From contig OZ316895.1 in NCBI GenBank assembly GCA_973895155.1, positions 22,704,558-22,768,557 of the forward strand: a stretch of DNA of 64,000 bases. Direction: 5' to 3'. The notes below the pieces were generated by a model that ran no database searches, was not told the origin of the DNA, and saw only the letters and a program-made list of their open reading frames with translations. The translations under genes were made by a program, and so were the position numbers. The DNA comes from Marsupella aquatica. Lineage: Eukaryota; Plantae; Marchantiophyta. Numbering within the stretch: position 1 is the first letter of the stretch; every line of letters starts with the position of its first letter. Positions 43,283 through 54,554 of the stretch are shown here, one piece after another.

Positions 43283-46200
43283 GTCAACATGATTGTGCAG
43301 AATAAGTTTGGGCAGGCACCAGTATTCACCACCGGAGTAGCTCAGGTCTCAATTTGCATGACCACACATCTTCCTCCACAACCCAGCCGACAGCATTCAG
43401 TTCATGAAAAATGGTTGCAGAAGTAGTGGTTTAAGGCACCCGAGCAACAAATCTCACAATCCAAAATTGACACTTCTTCTATAATAGGGCATCTCAAATA
43501 CAATGAATTTTCATGCATGACCTCATCCGGGAGTGTTGTGGCCCGGGCAGTGGGACCGACTGCTCGAGCATTGAGGCAGTGGGAACGCCTGGTCGGGCAT
43601 TGAATGTGAGGCCCGGTCACAGCCGGGAGTATGACCAAAACTGAGGGCCCACTGCTACGAGAAGTGGACCTGATTTCAGTGTGTTCAGTGACTTTGTGAT
43701 TTTTAGACTCTGTCGAGACTTCTATCAAATTTGAGAACCCAAAAATATCACTGCCTGATGTTTCAGTGCACCCTAGCCTATCATGGGACTCTTGTGAGGT
43801 GGGGTTTTTTTCAATATATGAGACACCCTAATGGACCCATCCCACGTCAGTCATGAAAAATGGTCACCCAGGTAGTAGTTTAAGACACCCTAAAAATAAT
43901 TCTCACAACCCACAATTGACACTTCTCCTATCAACGGATAGAGTGATGACAGCCGTTGTTTTGTACCCCAAGTGAGCCGTCATTCCGTTCCGAATAATGC
44001 CGCCACCATAGCGACGGAGCTTTACACATCCGTGTCCAAAAACCACCGTGTCGTAACGAAAATGCCAACGGACGGGATTCTAATCCGGTCCCGGGCTGCC
44101 CGAAAGTCTGTTGTTGTTTGGCCATTCGGCCCCGTCTCTGCCAAAACTTTAACTTCCGTCCCTAAGTACTGGGGCTGCCCGTAAACCTCCATCTGTCATC
44201 CCGTGTATCGTCCTTCGGCGGCGTGGCCTCCCCCCACTTCAGATTCTCTGGCCCGAAGAATAAAATTCGGTCACTGTCTGATTGCTAGATTCCTGTCAGT
44301 CGTCCCGTGACGGCCGTCTGTCGTCGTCCGATTTCTCTTTGTCATGCGGCGTGCTGAAAAGTAGTGCGTGTCGTGTTTCCGTTGGAGCTTGCCACATCCA
44401 TCCATCAATACTGTGGATCCGTTCGGAGCATCTTCGTTCCAATGCTCTGCGTCGCTGACCTGGGCATTCGGGCAGGGGTAACAGATTCGTACCATCTTGC
44501 TCCAATCCTATGACCAGGTAGGGTGTGTAAGTATTATTATTATTATTATTATTAAACCCATTTCGTACCGTGTTGCTCCTATGTGATCCGCCCTGACCCT
44601 GGAGGGGGAGCACGTCCATGTCGCTATGCCCATACTCTTCCAATGCACATTATTTTGTGGTTCCACTATTATTGTTGTGATGATGTGATCAGTCGTTGTC
44701 ACCATTTGTCAAATTGAGTTTAGGGGTTTAGCTTTTAGGTCACCATCTCAGTTAGGTCGGGCCATGGCATGATGCGGTGTTGCCGAACATTCATCAGGAG
44801 GGTGAGCAAGAGAGCGATGTGAGGGGTGGTGGCTTCGGCAAGGCGGGCGACAGCCGCGTTGCACGTCAAGTTGGGCCATGGCATGAGATGGTTGTGCTAA
44901 ATGTTCACCAGGAGGGCAAGCAAGAGAGGGATGCAACAAGCTTGGGCAAAGCACGGCAATGGCTTCCATACTTTATTTTCTCGCGGTCTACCCTCCCCTT
45001 TCTATCCTCTCCCTCCCTGCACAGACATTGGACGGGGAGGTGAACCACACAAGTCTTATGTTGGAGATCCAGCAGTGCAGAAAAATATGCCCATCATCAC
45101 AGGATCAGAGTTGCTTCCTGTGTACAACTCCTTTTACAAACAGATGATGGAGAATGGCAGGATTCTATTACAGTGGTTGGCTATTAGTGGGTCACAAAGC
45201 TCACAATTTGACATACTTTAACTAGATGGGGTCTTTTCCCCTCCAGGTTGGGCATTTTTGCCCTTTGGCAGTGTGATATATAACTAGACTTGAAGATCAC
45301 CCGTAGGAAGAAGTTATGGATCACCAAATCCATGATCCATAACTTTTTGCCATAAAGAATAAGCCATGACCCCAACTCATTGTCGAGGCTAGCAAAAAAA
45401 ACTTGTTTACATCCATGTGAAAAAGTTAGTCATTTCTTGCTGGCCAAACGCCATCATCCCTGTGGGAGCAGGATGGTATGCAGGATAATACCATCCTGCT
45501 CCAACTTCCCACCCTCATCTTGACCTAAGATCTCATATATACTCTTGGCTGTATTTCCCGCTGTATTTGTCTTAGAGAGTGAAGCTCTCATGATTTTGAA
45601 GGGGAAGCATCTTTCCATTTGCGGCTATTGACACCCTAATCTCTTGAGCAGTGCGTCTAAATTGTCACTTGTCCACCGTCTCACCCTCTTTGCAAGAACA
45701 AGAGGTTCCATGGAGAAAAAGGGAGGAATGGAACATGAGCCTAAGAGGTGGGCAACTTGACACTATCCACTTACCTTCTTTAGCCCCACTTGCAACCCCC
45801 CTCCAATGGAATAAAGCTCAAAGTGTTCCCCTTAAAACTGAAAAAGCTCAAAATTCTGTACTGGTGAAGAACAAATTCGTAAAGTGTCGTTTGGCCTCTT
45901 TTGGTCCTATATCTTTTGTTTGCCTCTTAGGCTAACTCATTTGAGGCCTGAGTTTCACCATAAGGAGGGACGTCACCCATTGATTGTTGCCCCATCAATT
46001 GGTCCTTCACTCATTCAGTACATCAATGAAGGGCCAATTAGAGTTTCTAAATTCTCTTTTTTTAATAATATCGGCGTACAAATGTATTAGTAGGTTTAAT
46101 GCTGTGAGACAAACAGACCTTCCTTACCTAATGAGATACTGTAGCACTATCTTGTGCAAAGATCACAACCTATATTAAATAATATTTGATTTTCTGTAGC

Positions 46201-47991
46201 AATCCTTTTTTAAAAGATCTTTTTGGACTGCAGTACCGTATCTTTTCATACTCAGAAAATAAAGCTCTCTTGACATTTATTTGATTGTTCACATGTCTGG
46301 ACAAAAAGAGGGGGGATAAACCTTTTCTTCCCTGAGTTCAGTGGCACGTTCTTCTTTGATAGACAGCACCTACTTATAGCATCAAGGAGGCCATCAAGTC
46401 TCCTCCTGCTCATCATGGGCCTTGTCTTGAAATGAGTACCTTACTGAGCAACAAAGTATCAAACATGGGGCCCACTGGATACTCCAGATGTGCCAAGCTC
46501 GAAAAGTTTGGGCCAGGCTTCAAAACTCTGAGAAGGATGTATAATATGGGGACTTCTACATCCTCGAGCAATACGGCAAAACGGGTCTGGTTTGTAACAT
46601 GGGACGTACACAGATTTTGAATAAGTGTGTTGAAACATCAGCCCAAAATAGAAAGGCCGGTTTGGGCAATTGTGAATCGAGTCATAGGACTAGGGGCCCC
46701 AATTGGGGTTCTGGTATATAGACAGCTAATGAGGACTAATCTGTACTGCAATTTGCAAATCAAAAAGCTACCTTTCAAGACCTCTTGACAGATCTTGACA
46801 GAATGAAACCTTTGGCAGCAATTTTTCTAGTAATAAGTTCTATTAGTATAAATTTAATACTTGTGAGTAGGGCCTAGCATGGGGAGCCACCTTTTTTGTG
46901 CATAGGACGGGTGTTTGGGCTAGTAATAAAAATTGGGTAAACGCATGGCCAGCATACCATATTAGTAATTATGTAGGTCTGTCAAAAATAAAATTAAAGA
47001 AAAAGTTGTCATTCAGTGCAAAAATGTGACAATCCCGAAATGGTGGGCTAGAAAAATGCAGTTTTGGGAGATGGGAAGGAAATATAATTCCAATCAACCC
47101 AGCCTGAAAAATTTCATGTTAGGCAAAATGCCAGCAAAAGTGGTGTTTTCTGTTCAAATAGGCCTCAAGCAGATGTGTTGGCTTGGCATCAGAGAAATAC
47201 CAGAAACAGTAGACCGAGGAAGTTTTTCGTTGGGAAAATTTTTAAGGGCCACCCACAAAAGTCTGGAAGCAAGTTAAAGTAACTTTTGTGATGGCGCCAA
47301 AAGCATAAATGTGAATTTCTAAAAATAATGGGCTGGAAAACTATGCAGGCAGCTTGATGAAATGGGAAGAAAAATAAATTCTGGACACATAGTCTCCAAA
47401 ACTTCCAGAAAACTCTCCAAAACTTCCAGAAAACTTTGAAAAAATGGGTAAGCACATTGCAGCTAGAAAGGGGGGTGGAGATCAATCCTATGACCTTGCA
47501 TGCCTGGCTTTTTGCTTTGCAGTCATTGGCCATAATTTCTGTACTTATAGAAACTTGTGATATAGACTATGCTCATGAGTATGGAAGGGCTTGGGGACTT
47601 GGACAGGGAGCACTTTTATGCATTGCTATTACAGGGCGCCGGTGTGTGCTACACATGGCTATTTGGGCTTCTAACAAAATTTGGGAAACGACGAGAGGGG
47701 GTGGGGGAGGTCATTGAGGTGGTATTTACTATTTGTTTTCTGCCTTGCAGTCATAAGCTCCAATCCTCGCCAACAGAAAATTGCGATATTCAGTCTATGC
47801 TTGTGAGCTTTTTGTACTGGTATCACACCAATCTTACAAGGAGCCTTTAGTGCGATTAGAGACGAACCTCAAGATCGAGGCTAATTAATGAGATTATCAT
47901 TGATTAGCCCCATACCTTGCTGCCCGCTGCCCAGTATTACGGACGTTTGAATTAGGATAAATACCTAGGGCGAGTCGTTCTGGATATCAGC

Positions 47992-48060
47992 TGCCCCTGG
48001 TCTTGGTGGTAGAGGGAACGCACGGGGCAGGTTCCTGGTTCGAATCCTGCTAGTCACAAT
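47992..48060 (+). other. tRNA-derived remnant or SINE head with Pol III A and B boxes
   Basis: A-box-like TGGTCTTGGTGG (47998-48009) and a perfect B box GGTTCGAATCC (48037-48047). No convincing cloverleaf or anticodon arm. Confidence 0.45.
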
Positions 48061-49382
48061 GTGTGATTTTTGTCAATCACCCCACCCAAAAGTGGGGATC
48101 ATTCATCTTCTACTTACACTTAGAAAAAATATGAGCCAGAAGAAGATGCTGGCAGCAGGTGTGGGCAGTGGGCGGCGAAAAGGTACGGGAGGCTCATTAT
48201 GAGCCTCGAAGTTGTCTTTTGTCATGAATTTAGTGCGCATGTGCATGTTTATTGGGCTACTAATAAAGTGCTCCAGTATTAAAGGAGCCCTTCGTGTGCA
48301 TATGCACCGTTCTCGTATTTGGGCCAATAAAATTTTTGTAAACACATGGTCAGCATACGGTACTGCAGGTAGCAAGGGGGAAGGGGGGGGGGGGGGGAGC
48401 TTAGTGAGGTGATCCTGCGTACCTTGCTTTTTTGCCTTGGAGGGCCTTGCCTTGCCTTGACGCTGTAGGGATGGTGATGAGATGGCACAGATGCTACGGC
48501 TACGGTTGTGGGCGGTGAAGCTGGGGCCATTAATTGAATGCATCTAGACTCCAGCCCCCAACGAATCCCCAAGCAATCCCCCACAGAAAGGAATCGCTTT
48601 TAAGTCCTTCTGCCTTCTCCTTCCACCTCCCTTCTTTTCTTCGTCTCCTCCCCCCAAAAACTGTGGCCCCCTCGTTTCCCTCAGTCCACTACTGGAGACA
48701 ACAGTAGTGTGGAAGGAAAACTGGGCACCTCAAACAAAGAGACGAGAAGGAAGGCAGAGAGAGCTTTGGAACGTCAATTCATTCAGTGTTGCTGTTGATC
48801 CTGCTCTCTCTCCTGCTCTCCTGGGGGCGCCCTGCACCTACCTGCTGCGTCTGCTCTCAACTCTCTTTGAGAGACTTGTTCCTTGCAACGTTGCGTTGCG
48901 TTGCTTTGCTTTGCTTATTACCTTCTGTTGGTTCCTCAATCACGTAATCAAGCAAGCGAGCAGTCGGGCAAGCAATCGGGCAAGTAATCGGGCAGAACTG
49001 TCTCTTGCCTTCTAGTGTTGTTCTGAGTCGAGTCGAGTCGCCTCTTTTCTGTGAGGTTCTTTTCTGTGAGCTTGAGGAGGGAGGAGCACGTGGTTCCTAA
49101 AGTCGGGAAGGCCGGTGATTGATGCTGAGTCTGTTTGTGTGTGAGTCTGTGTGGCGGCTACCACCTTCTCTGGTTCTTTGCTTGTGTTCTCCTTCCTCCG
49201 TCTTTCCACCGCTTGCTATTAGTTTGCTTGCTGTGTGTACTGTACTCGTTAGTAGTGGTAGTACGGCGGGGGTGAAGTTTTGGTAACGAAGGGCACCGCT
49301 CAGAATCTCTCATTTCTTATCCTCCGTAATTCAGTAGTGTCATCATTCGTCGGACCAGCCTTAATTCCTTCTTCCCTCACTT

Positions 49383-49386
<4 letters not shown>

Positions 49387-49420
<34 letters not shown>
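49387..49420. repeat. (AG)n microsatellite upstream of ATG13
   Basis: About 17 AG units. Confidence 0.95.
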
Positions 49421-49421
<1 letters not shown>

Positions 49422-50474
49422 ACAATTGCTGGTGACAATTGCAATAGCAGCCGCGCTGCCGTTTTGATGCAATTGGCTTCGTGAATTAGCCCTCGGACGT
49501 TTACTGTAGAGACCATCTCCACCCTCCCCTTGTTCGAAGAAGTGCAAAACGCTCTCCCCTTTCCTCCCCACCTCCGTTCTGTCATTCCATTAACACGGCG
49601 AACATATCCCACATATATGCGTCTGTAGGGTAAGGAATTGGGTGTGGGCCGAAGTCGGTGTGGTGACAGTTTTTCTCTAAAATGAGAGCGGAGCAAACTT
49701 GAAGACGAAGCAAGAACTGGGGTTTGAGCCACATTGCTGGTCTCCACTTCCTGTTGGAGAGGGATATACGTACAAGGTGGCCAAAGTGGCGGTGGCACGG
49801 TGGTATGGGTGTGGTACAAGGGCACCTGAATTGGGTGAGACGACTCTTTGAGTGAGGAGGACGATGAAGGATTAAGACTGTACGCGGGAGGAGGTTGAGT
49901 GCAGGAGCCGAGATTGATTCCTCAGCAAACCACACAGGTAGATTTTTGGCCATGTGAACAGGGGAAAGTGAGTGTTTGTGGCAAATTCTGGCATGAAGTC
50001 TGTATGACATCCATCACCAGCTGTACGTGCTTTTGTTAACTTTTACAGATTTGAGTGGCTGGTTTCGTTCTTTGTTTTGGTTTGGTTTGGTCTGGAGCAG
50101 AATCTGTGAAGAAAACGGCGCAAAGCTGGGGGTCAGCTTTTAGGGTGGCAGGAGACATCGAACAGAACAGCCGGGTTGAATGGATGGGAGTGAATATTCC
50201 CGACCGCACGTTGGCAGACTGATAACGGGAGGATAAAGCAATAGTTAGGAAGTGGCTTGTAAGGTTTGCGGTGGTTGTTGCCCTCGAGAGAAGGAGAAGA
50301 GAAAGATATAGACATCTGTTGATGATAGACCAATTGTGTGATTCGAGGCAGGCAGGAAGGAAAGCAGGGAGACGGGGGGGTTGAGTGGATCTGCCACACA
50401 GGGTTCTAAGGAAAAGCGGATGGCGGCCGCTGTGGTATGAACCATGAAATTGTTTGACAGGAATTATTGTAAGA

Positions 50475-50939
50475 ATGAGAGCGAGTTGCGAAGGCAGGGG
50501 CCACAACCCGCACAGACAGCAGCTTTCTGGAATGGTGCAGGAATGGCCGTGGGGACGGTACTTTGATGGGTTCTGGGAAGCTGAGAAGACCGGTGTCCTG
50601 AGATTGTTTGCGCTCCATCACTCGTACTCGCAACACTCCCACGCTCGCTTCCTGGAGGTGCTCCAAAGCGGCTGGCCTTGCTACCCTTTGGAGGACGCCA
50701 CTTTCTCTGTCAGGGAGAAGGGTTTCTCTGAAGGAGTGCCTGACCGTGGCGCTCGGCGGGTGGTAGTGGAGGAATCCCCATTGTATGTTGAGTGAGTAAT
50801 GCAGCGGCGAGGAGGAGCGCAGAACAAGGATCTTGACGCCGCGTGCCAGGAGGAGGAAGGAGAAGAAGGGGAGGAGCAGGAAGGGCACCGTATTACAGTT
50901 TGCGGCCTTGAGGAGGACGAATTGTATCTCAGCAGTTGA
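50475..50939 (+). promoter_or_regulatory. Two tandem upstream ORFs (50475-50795, 106 aa; 50799-50939, 46 aa) in the probable ATG13 5' leader
   Basis: ATG-initiated ORFs just downstream of a TTTGACAG acceptor-like site (50460), ending 152 nt before the ATG13 ATG. Confidence 0.45.
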
Positions 50940-51091
50940 AGAAGGCACTTCCGGATACTCTTTGCAACGATTATATTTTTGTTGAAGGAAGAAGAGCAGG
51001 AGTAATTTGATATTTCATTTATTGGTCGTTGTTGTTGTAGTAGTCCCGGAGGCAACTTTTAATTGGGACCTGTTGAGGGAAGGGAGAGAGA

Positions 51092-54000
51092 ATGGCGTCA
51101 TCCCTCACCTCTACTCAGGCTGAGAAGGCCAAAATTGACCAGATAGTGTCAGAGTTTTTTGCCAAAGGTCTCCACATCATTCTGGAGTCTAGAATCCCCT
51201 ACATATCTATGCAGAACCATCCGGAGGACACCTCCAATCATTCTGCGGCATCGGCTTCCACCACCACCAATTCACCGAGCTCCAGGTCAACCAACCGGTG
51301 GTTCAACATAGAGATGGACAATTGTGCATCTGTTATTGACAGTGTCGAGCCGTGGAAGCGGGGAAGTGTGGAACCAATGGTAGTAGATATATTGTTGCAG
51401 CAGCCCATGGGAGGAGACATTCCTTCTCCATCAGGGGTAGGGCCACGGTATTTCAAAGGTAACTCACCGTCCAGGGGGAATTCCAGTGGTGACTCTTGGA
51501 GTGGAGAGGGAGAGGGTTGTGTTTCGCCAGGAGGGCTCGCTCGCACGCTGTTGGAGAGGTGGGTGATACAGTACGTGCCCCGGAAAAAAGGAGGAGCTGT
51601 AGGGGGGTCTGGGAGTAGCAAGGTAGTGATAGGATTTGGAGAAGGGCAAGGGGGAGGTGGTGCCTCAGGCAGTAAAGGAGCAGTAAAAGGGTCCGGAGGA
51701 GGAGGAGGACCCCCACTCCCTTATCCATCCAGTCACATAGTGGAAAGGCCAGTGGTATACAAGAGAACGGTGATAATGTTGAGGTCTTTATATTGCACCA
51801 TGAGAACTCTACCTGCCCACCGCCTCTTCCGTTTGGTGAATTCGTCCTCTCACAGCCGAAGCTTCTCTCTCTCCTACAGGGTTTCATCTTCTCCACCGCT
51901 GCTCTCCGAGTCCGATGAGGCAGCTATGATGACTTGCATTCTAACCCCCGTTGAGACTATGTGGGGACGACTCTGCATATCAGTTGGCTACCGGCATACA
52001 ACTGCAGTGACGGCACTTGAGATCACTCCTCCAATTCTGCCAAGAATTATACCAGACTATGTGGGGAGTCCAACAACTGATCCATTGAGGAGATTTTCTA
52101 ATGTGGGCTCGTTGCCGGGGGCAATTTCAAGTAGACGAGGGGTCCATGTGATTTCTCTCCCATCTTCGGTACCGAGTTCTCCTTCCGGTCCCTCCTTTGG
52201 TCGTCGCCATAGTTGGAGTGGAGGACTACAAAAGTTCCCCCCAGCCTTAACGAGCACACCATCATTCCGAGCCAGTAGATCACCTTCACCCTCTCAGCCT
52301 CCTGATTTCAACCCTTCACCTCCAATGCCGTCTCCTTCTCCTTATTCATCTTCTCCCTCCAAACATCTTCCTCTTGGCCTCTCTCCAAGGACATCACCGT
52401 CTCGACCCTCAGTCCCTCGACCCCACACAGCCCATCCGGTGTCCTTGCATCATGTTGGGAGGGATAATTCATCACAACCAATCCCAATTCATGACAGAGG
52501 GCGCTCTCCCACGTTTTCTCCTTCGCCATCTCCCTCTCCGCCGACCCCTTCTCATTTGGCTCCTGAAGAGGGTGGTTATGTTCGTAGTGCTCCTGTCAGT
52601 ATACCAAGACCTTCATCAGCTCGGCCTAGCCTGGGTTCAAGCCCACGCCTTCTGCTCACGGAGGGGCCACCCCAGCCCCAAGTTAGAAGCCAGTATCCTC
52701 CCCCTTCTCCAAGTCGGAATGTCGATGGTTTAACTCGTGCCTTAACAGGGTGGCCGCGTGGCTGGACAGGCCAACAAGTGCAAAATCTCTTCATACCGAG
52801 TTTAGAGGGAAGGGTTGCTCCCCGTCTGTCTATTTCAACTCTGGCTGAGTCGTCACTGTTGGTTTCACCTCCACATCCATATCACCAGGTATTTAGGATT
52901 CATTAATTCTTAATTTAATTTCACTTCTTATGGTAGGGAATGGGGTCGTTTGCTCCGTGGATGATTTTTGGATTAAACAAGAAATAGAGGACTGTGGGTC
53001 GTCTGGTATTGTTGGAGCCTGTGGGACATTGAGGACATGTTTCAGTGGAGGTGGAACTTGCTATATTTCTGGAGCATGGAGAATATTGATTGCCGAATGA
53101 AAGAAACCTTTCTAAAAGAAATGTGGTTCGTAGAATAACTGTCGTTTCGCTGGCAGACTGCCTCTTATCTAGGAAGTTTGAGGATGAGGCGTCGGCCCTC
53201 TTTTAATCCTTGTAATCCTAGCAGTGGCATTGGCAAGGCTGTCATGTTTTCAGATTTGGATCTCATGATTTGTGTGAGCTATAACCCAAGGATGTGCTTG
53301 TATATAGTTAATTGAGTGACTTACTAATGTCTAGGTGTAAAGTCTATGTAGCTTTGCTTGCCAGTGAATATTAAGCCCAAGTCCGTGCATGACAGGCTGG
53401 GGAGGAGAGAGGTGAGGATGGTCCCCCATCTGGAGTAAAGAGGTCTTTGTATGCTCCTCCTCGACTCATCACGCTGGGGTCAAGAAGTCCAAAAATTGGA
53501 AGCCAGGATGATGCCGATGAAGAAGAGTTTTCGTGCCCTTTTGCTGTCGATGATGATGAAGCAGAAGATTACCGAAGCAGGTACATGCGATCTGAATGCC
53601 TTCTTGTTAGTCTCCCAAATTTCCTGTATTGTGCTCTGGAAATCTTCTGTTCATTCAAAACAGGTATAAAGGAAAGGCAATAGCCCACTTTGGTTTATCG
53701 CAACCAAATTTGATCAAATTCGAGTTTCTGACGAATGTACTCGGTGCGTGTACATGCAGGATGGACAGTCCTCGGGTAAGGCTTACTTCTGATGCATTTG
53801 AGCAGGCTCACCAGCGGTCACAAGATGCAGCGGTGGGTGCTCTTGTAAGGACTCTAAAATCGGCTCCACCATTGCGGCACCGGAGTCCAGCTTCTCCTGT
53901 TAACTCAGGATCACCTTCCCCTCGACATAGTTTACCTCCATCCATAGGAAGCCATGTAGGAAGCATTGGAAGTGGAAGATTGAAGAATAGCCCTCCCCTG

Positions 54001-54195
54001 CCCACCACCAGAAGCCGCTCAGGGAGCGTATCTGTGGTAGGTTCACCAAGCTCTCAACTGCTGGGAGTGAAAATTTCTCCCAAAACATCGAGGTCCGCTT
54101 TGGAAGAGTTAAGAGGTTATGTTGAGATGAGGGATCATCTACTAAGGCAGAGTGGTGGTAAGTTTCAATCTTCTTCACCGGCAAAGCATATGTAA
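51092..54195 (+). CDS. ATG13: Autophagy-related protein 13; exons 51092-52888, 53396-53580, 53760-54195 (~805 aa; exon 2 acceptor uncertain)
   Basis: HORMA-domain motifs QIVSEFFAKGLHIILESR, RWFN, LLERWVIQY, YKRTVIMLRSLY..RTLPAHRLFR and PVET.WGRL. These are followed by IIPDYVGSP.TDPLR, a long S/P-rich disordered region, FSCPFAVDDD, QDAAVGALV..LKSAPPLR and ALEELRGY.EMRD.LL. The exon phases are consistent. Confidence 0.94.
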
Positions 54196-54510
54196 AGGAG
54201 GTTGATTCTTGTTGGCAAGAGGCAAAGAGAAAATAGCTGGTAAACCATATTGATTACAATACGATGAGTAGATTTGGGATTTTTCGTTTTTCCTATACGA
54301 CACAAAGCCAAGAGTGCGCAGGCTCTTGAGAAAAAATAAATTGATTGGAAAATGCGTGGAGAAGTATTAGCCGGGGGCTGGTGGATTAGAAGAGGAGGCT
54401 TGATGAACGTGTTGGGTTGTTTGAGACTAGACACAAATGGAAAGTTGTGGCGGCATGGCTGATATCTTGGTCGATAACTTAGGTATGTGGGTGGACTGAT
54501 GTGTGTAGTT

Positions 54511-54523
54511 GAAGAAGAAGAAG

Positions 54524-54552
<29 letters not shown>
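54511..54552. repeat. (GAA)n microsatellite downstream of the ATG13 stop
   Basis: About 14 GAA units. Confidence 0.95.

Positions 54553-54554
<2 letters not shown>

Noticed and set aside
45180-45650. Possible decayed L1 ORF2 fragment on the minus strand
   Set aside because: There is only a vague resemblance across several stops and frameshifts, which cannot be supported without a search.
47992-48060. Functional tRNA gene
   Set aside because: A and B boxes are present, but no acceptor stem or anticodon arm could be folded.
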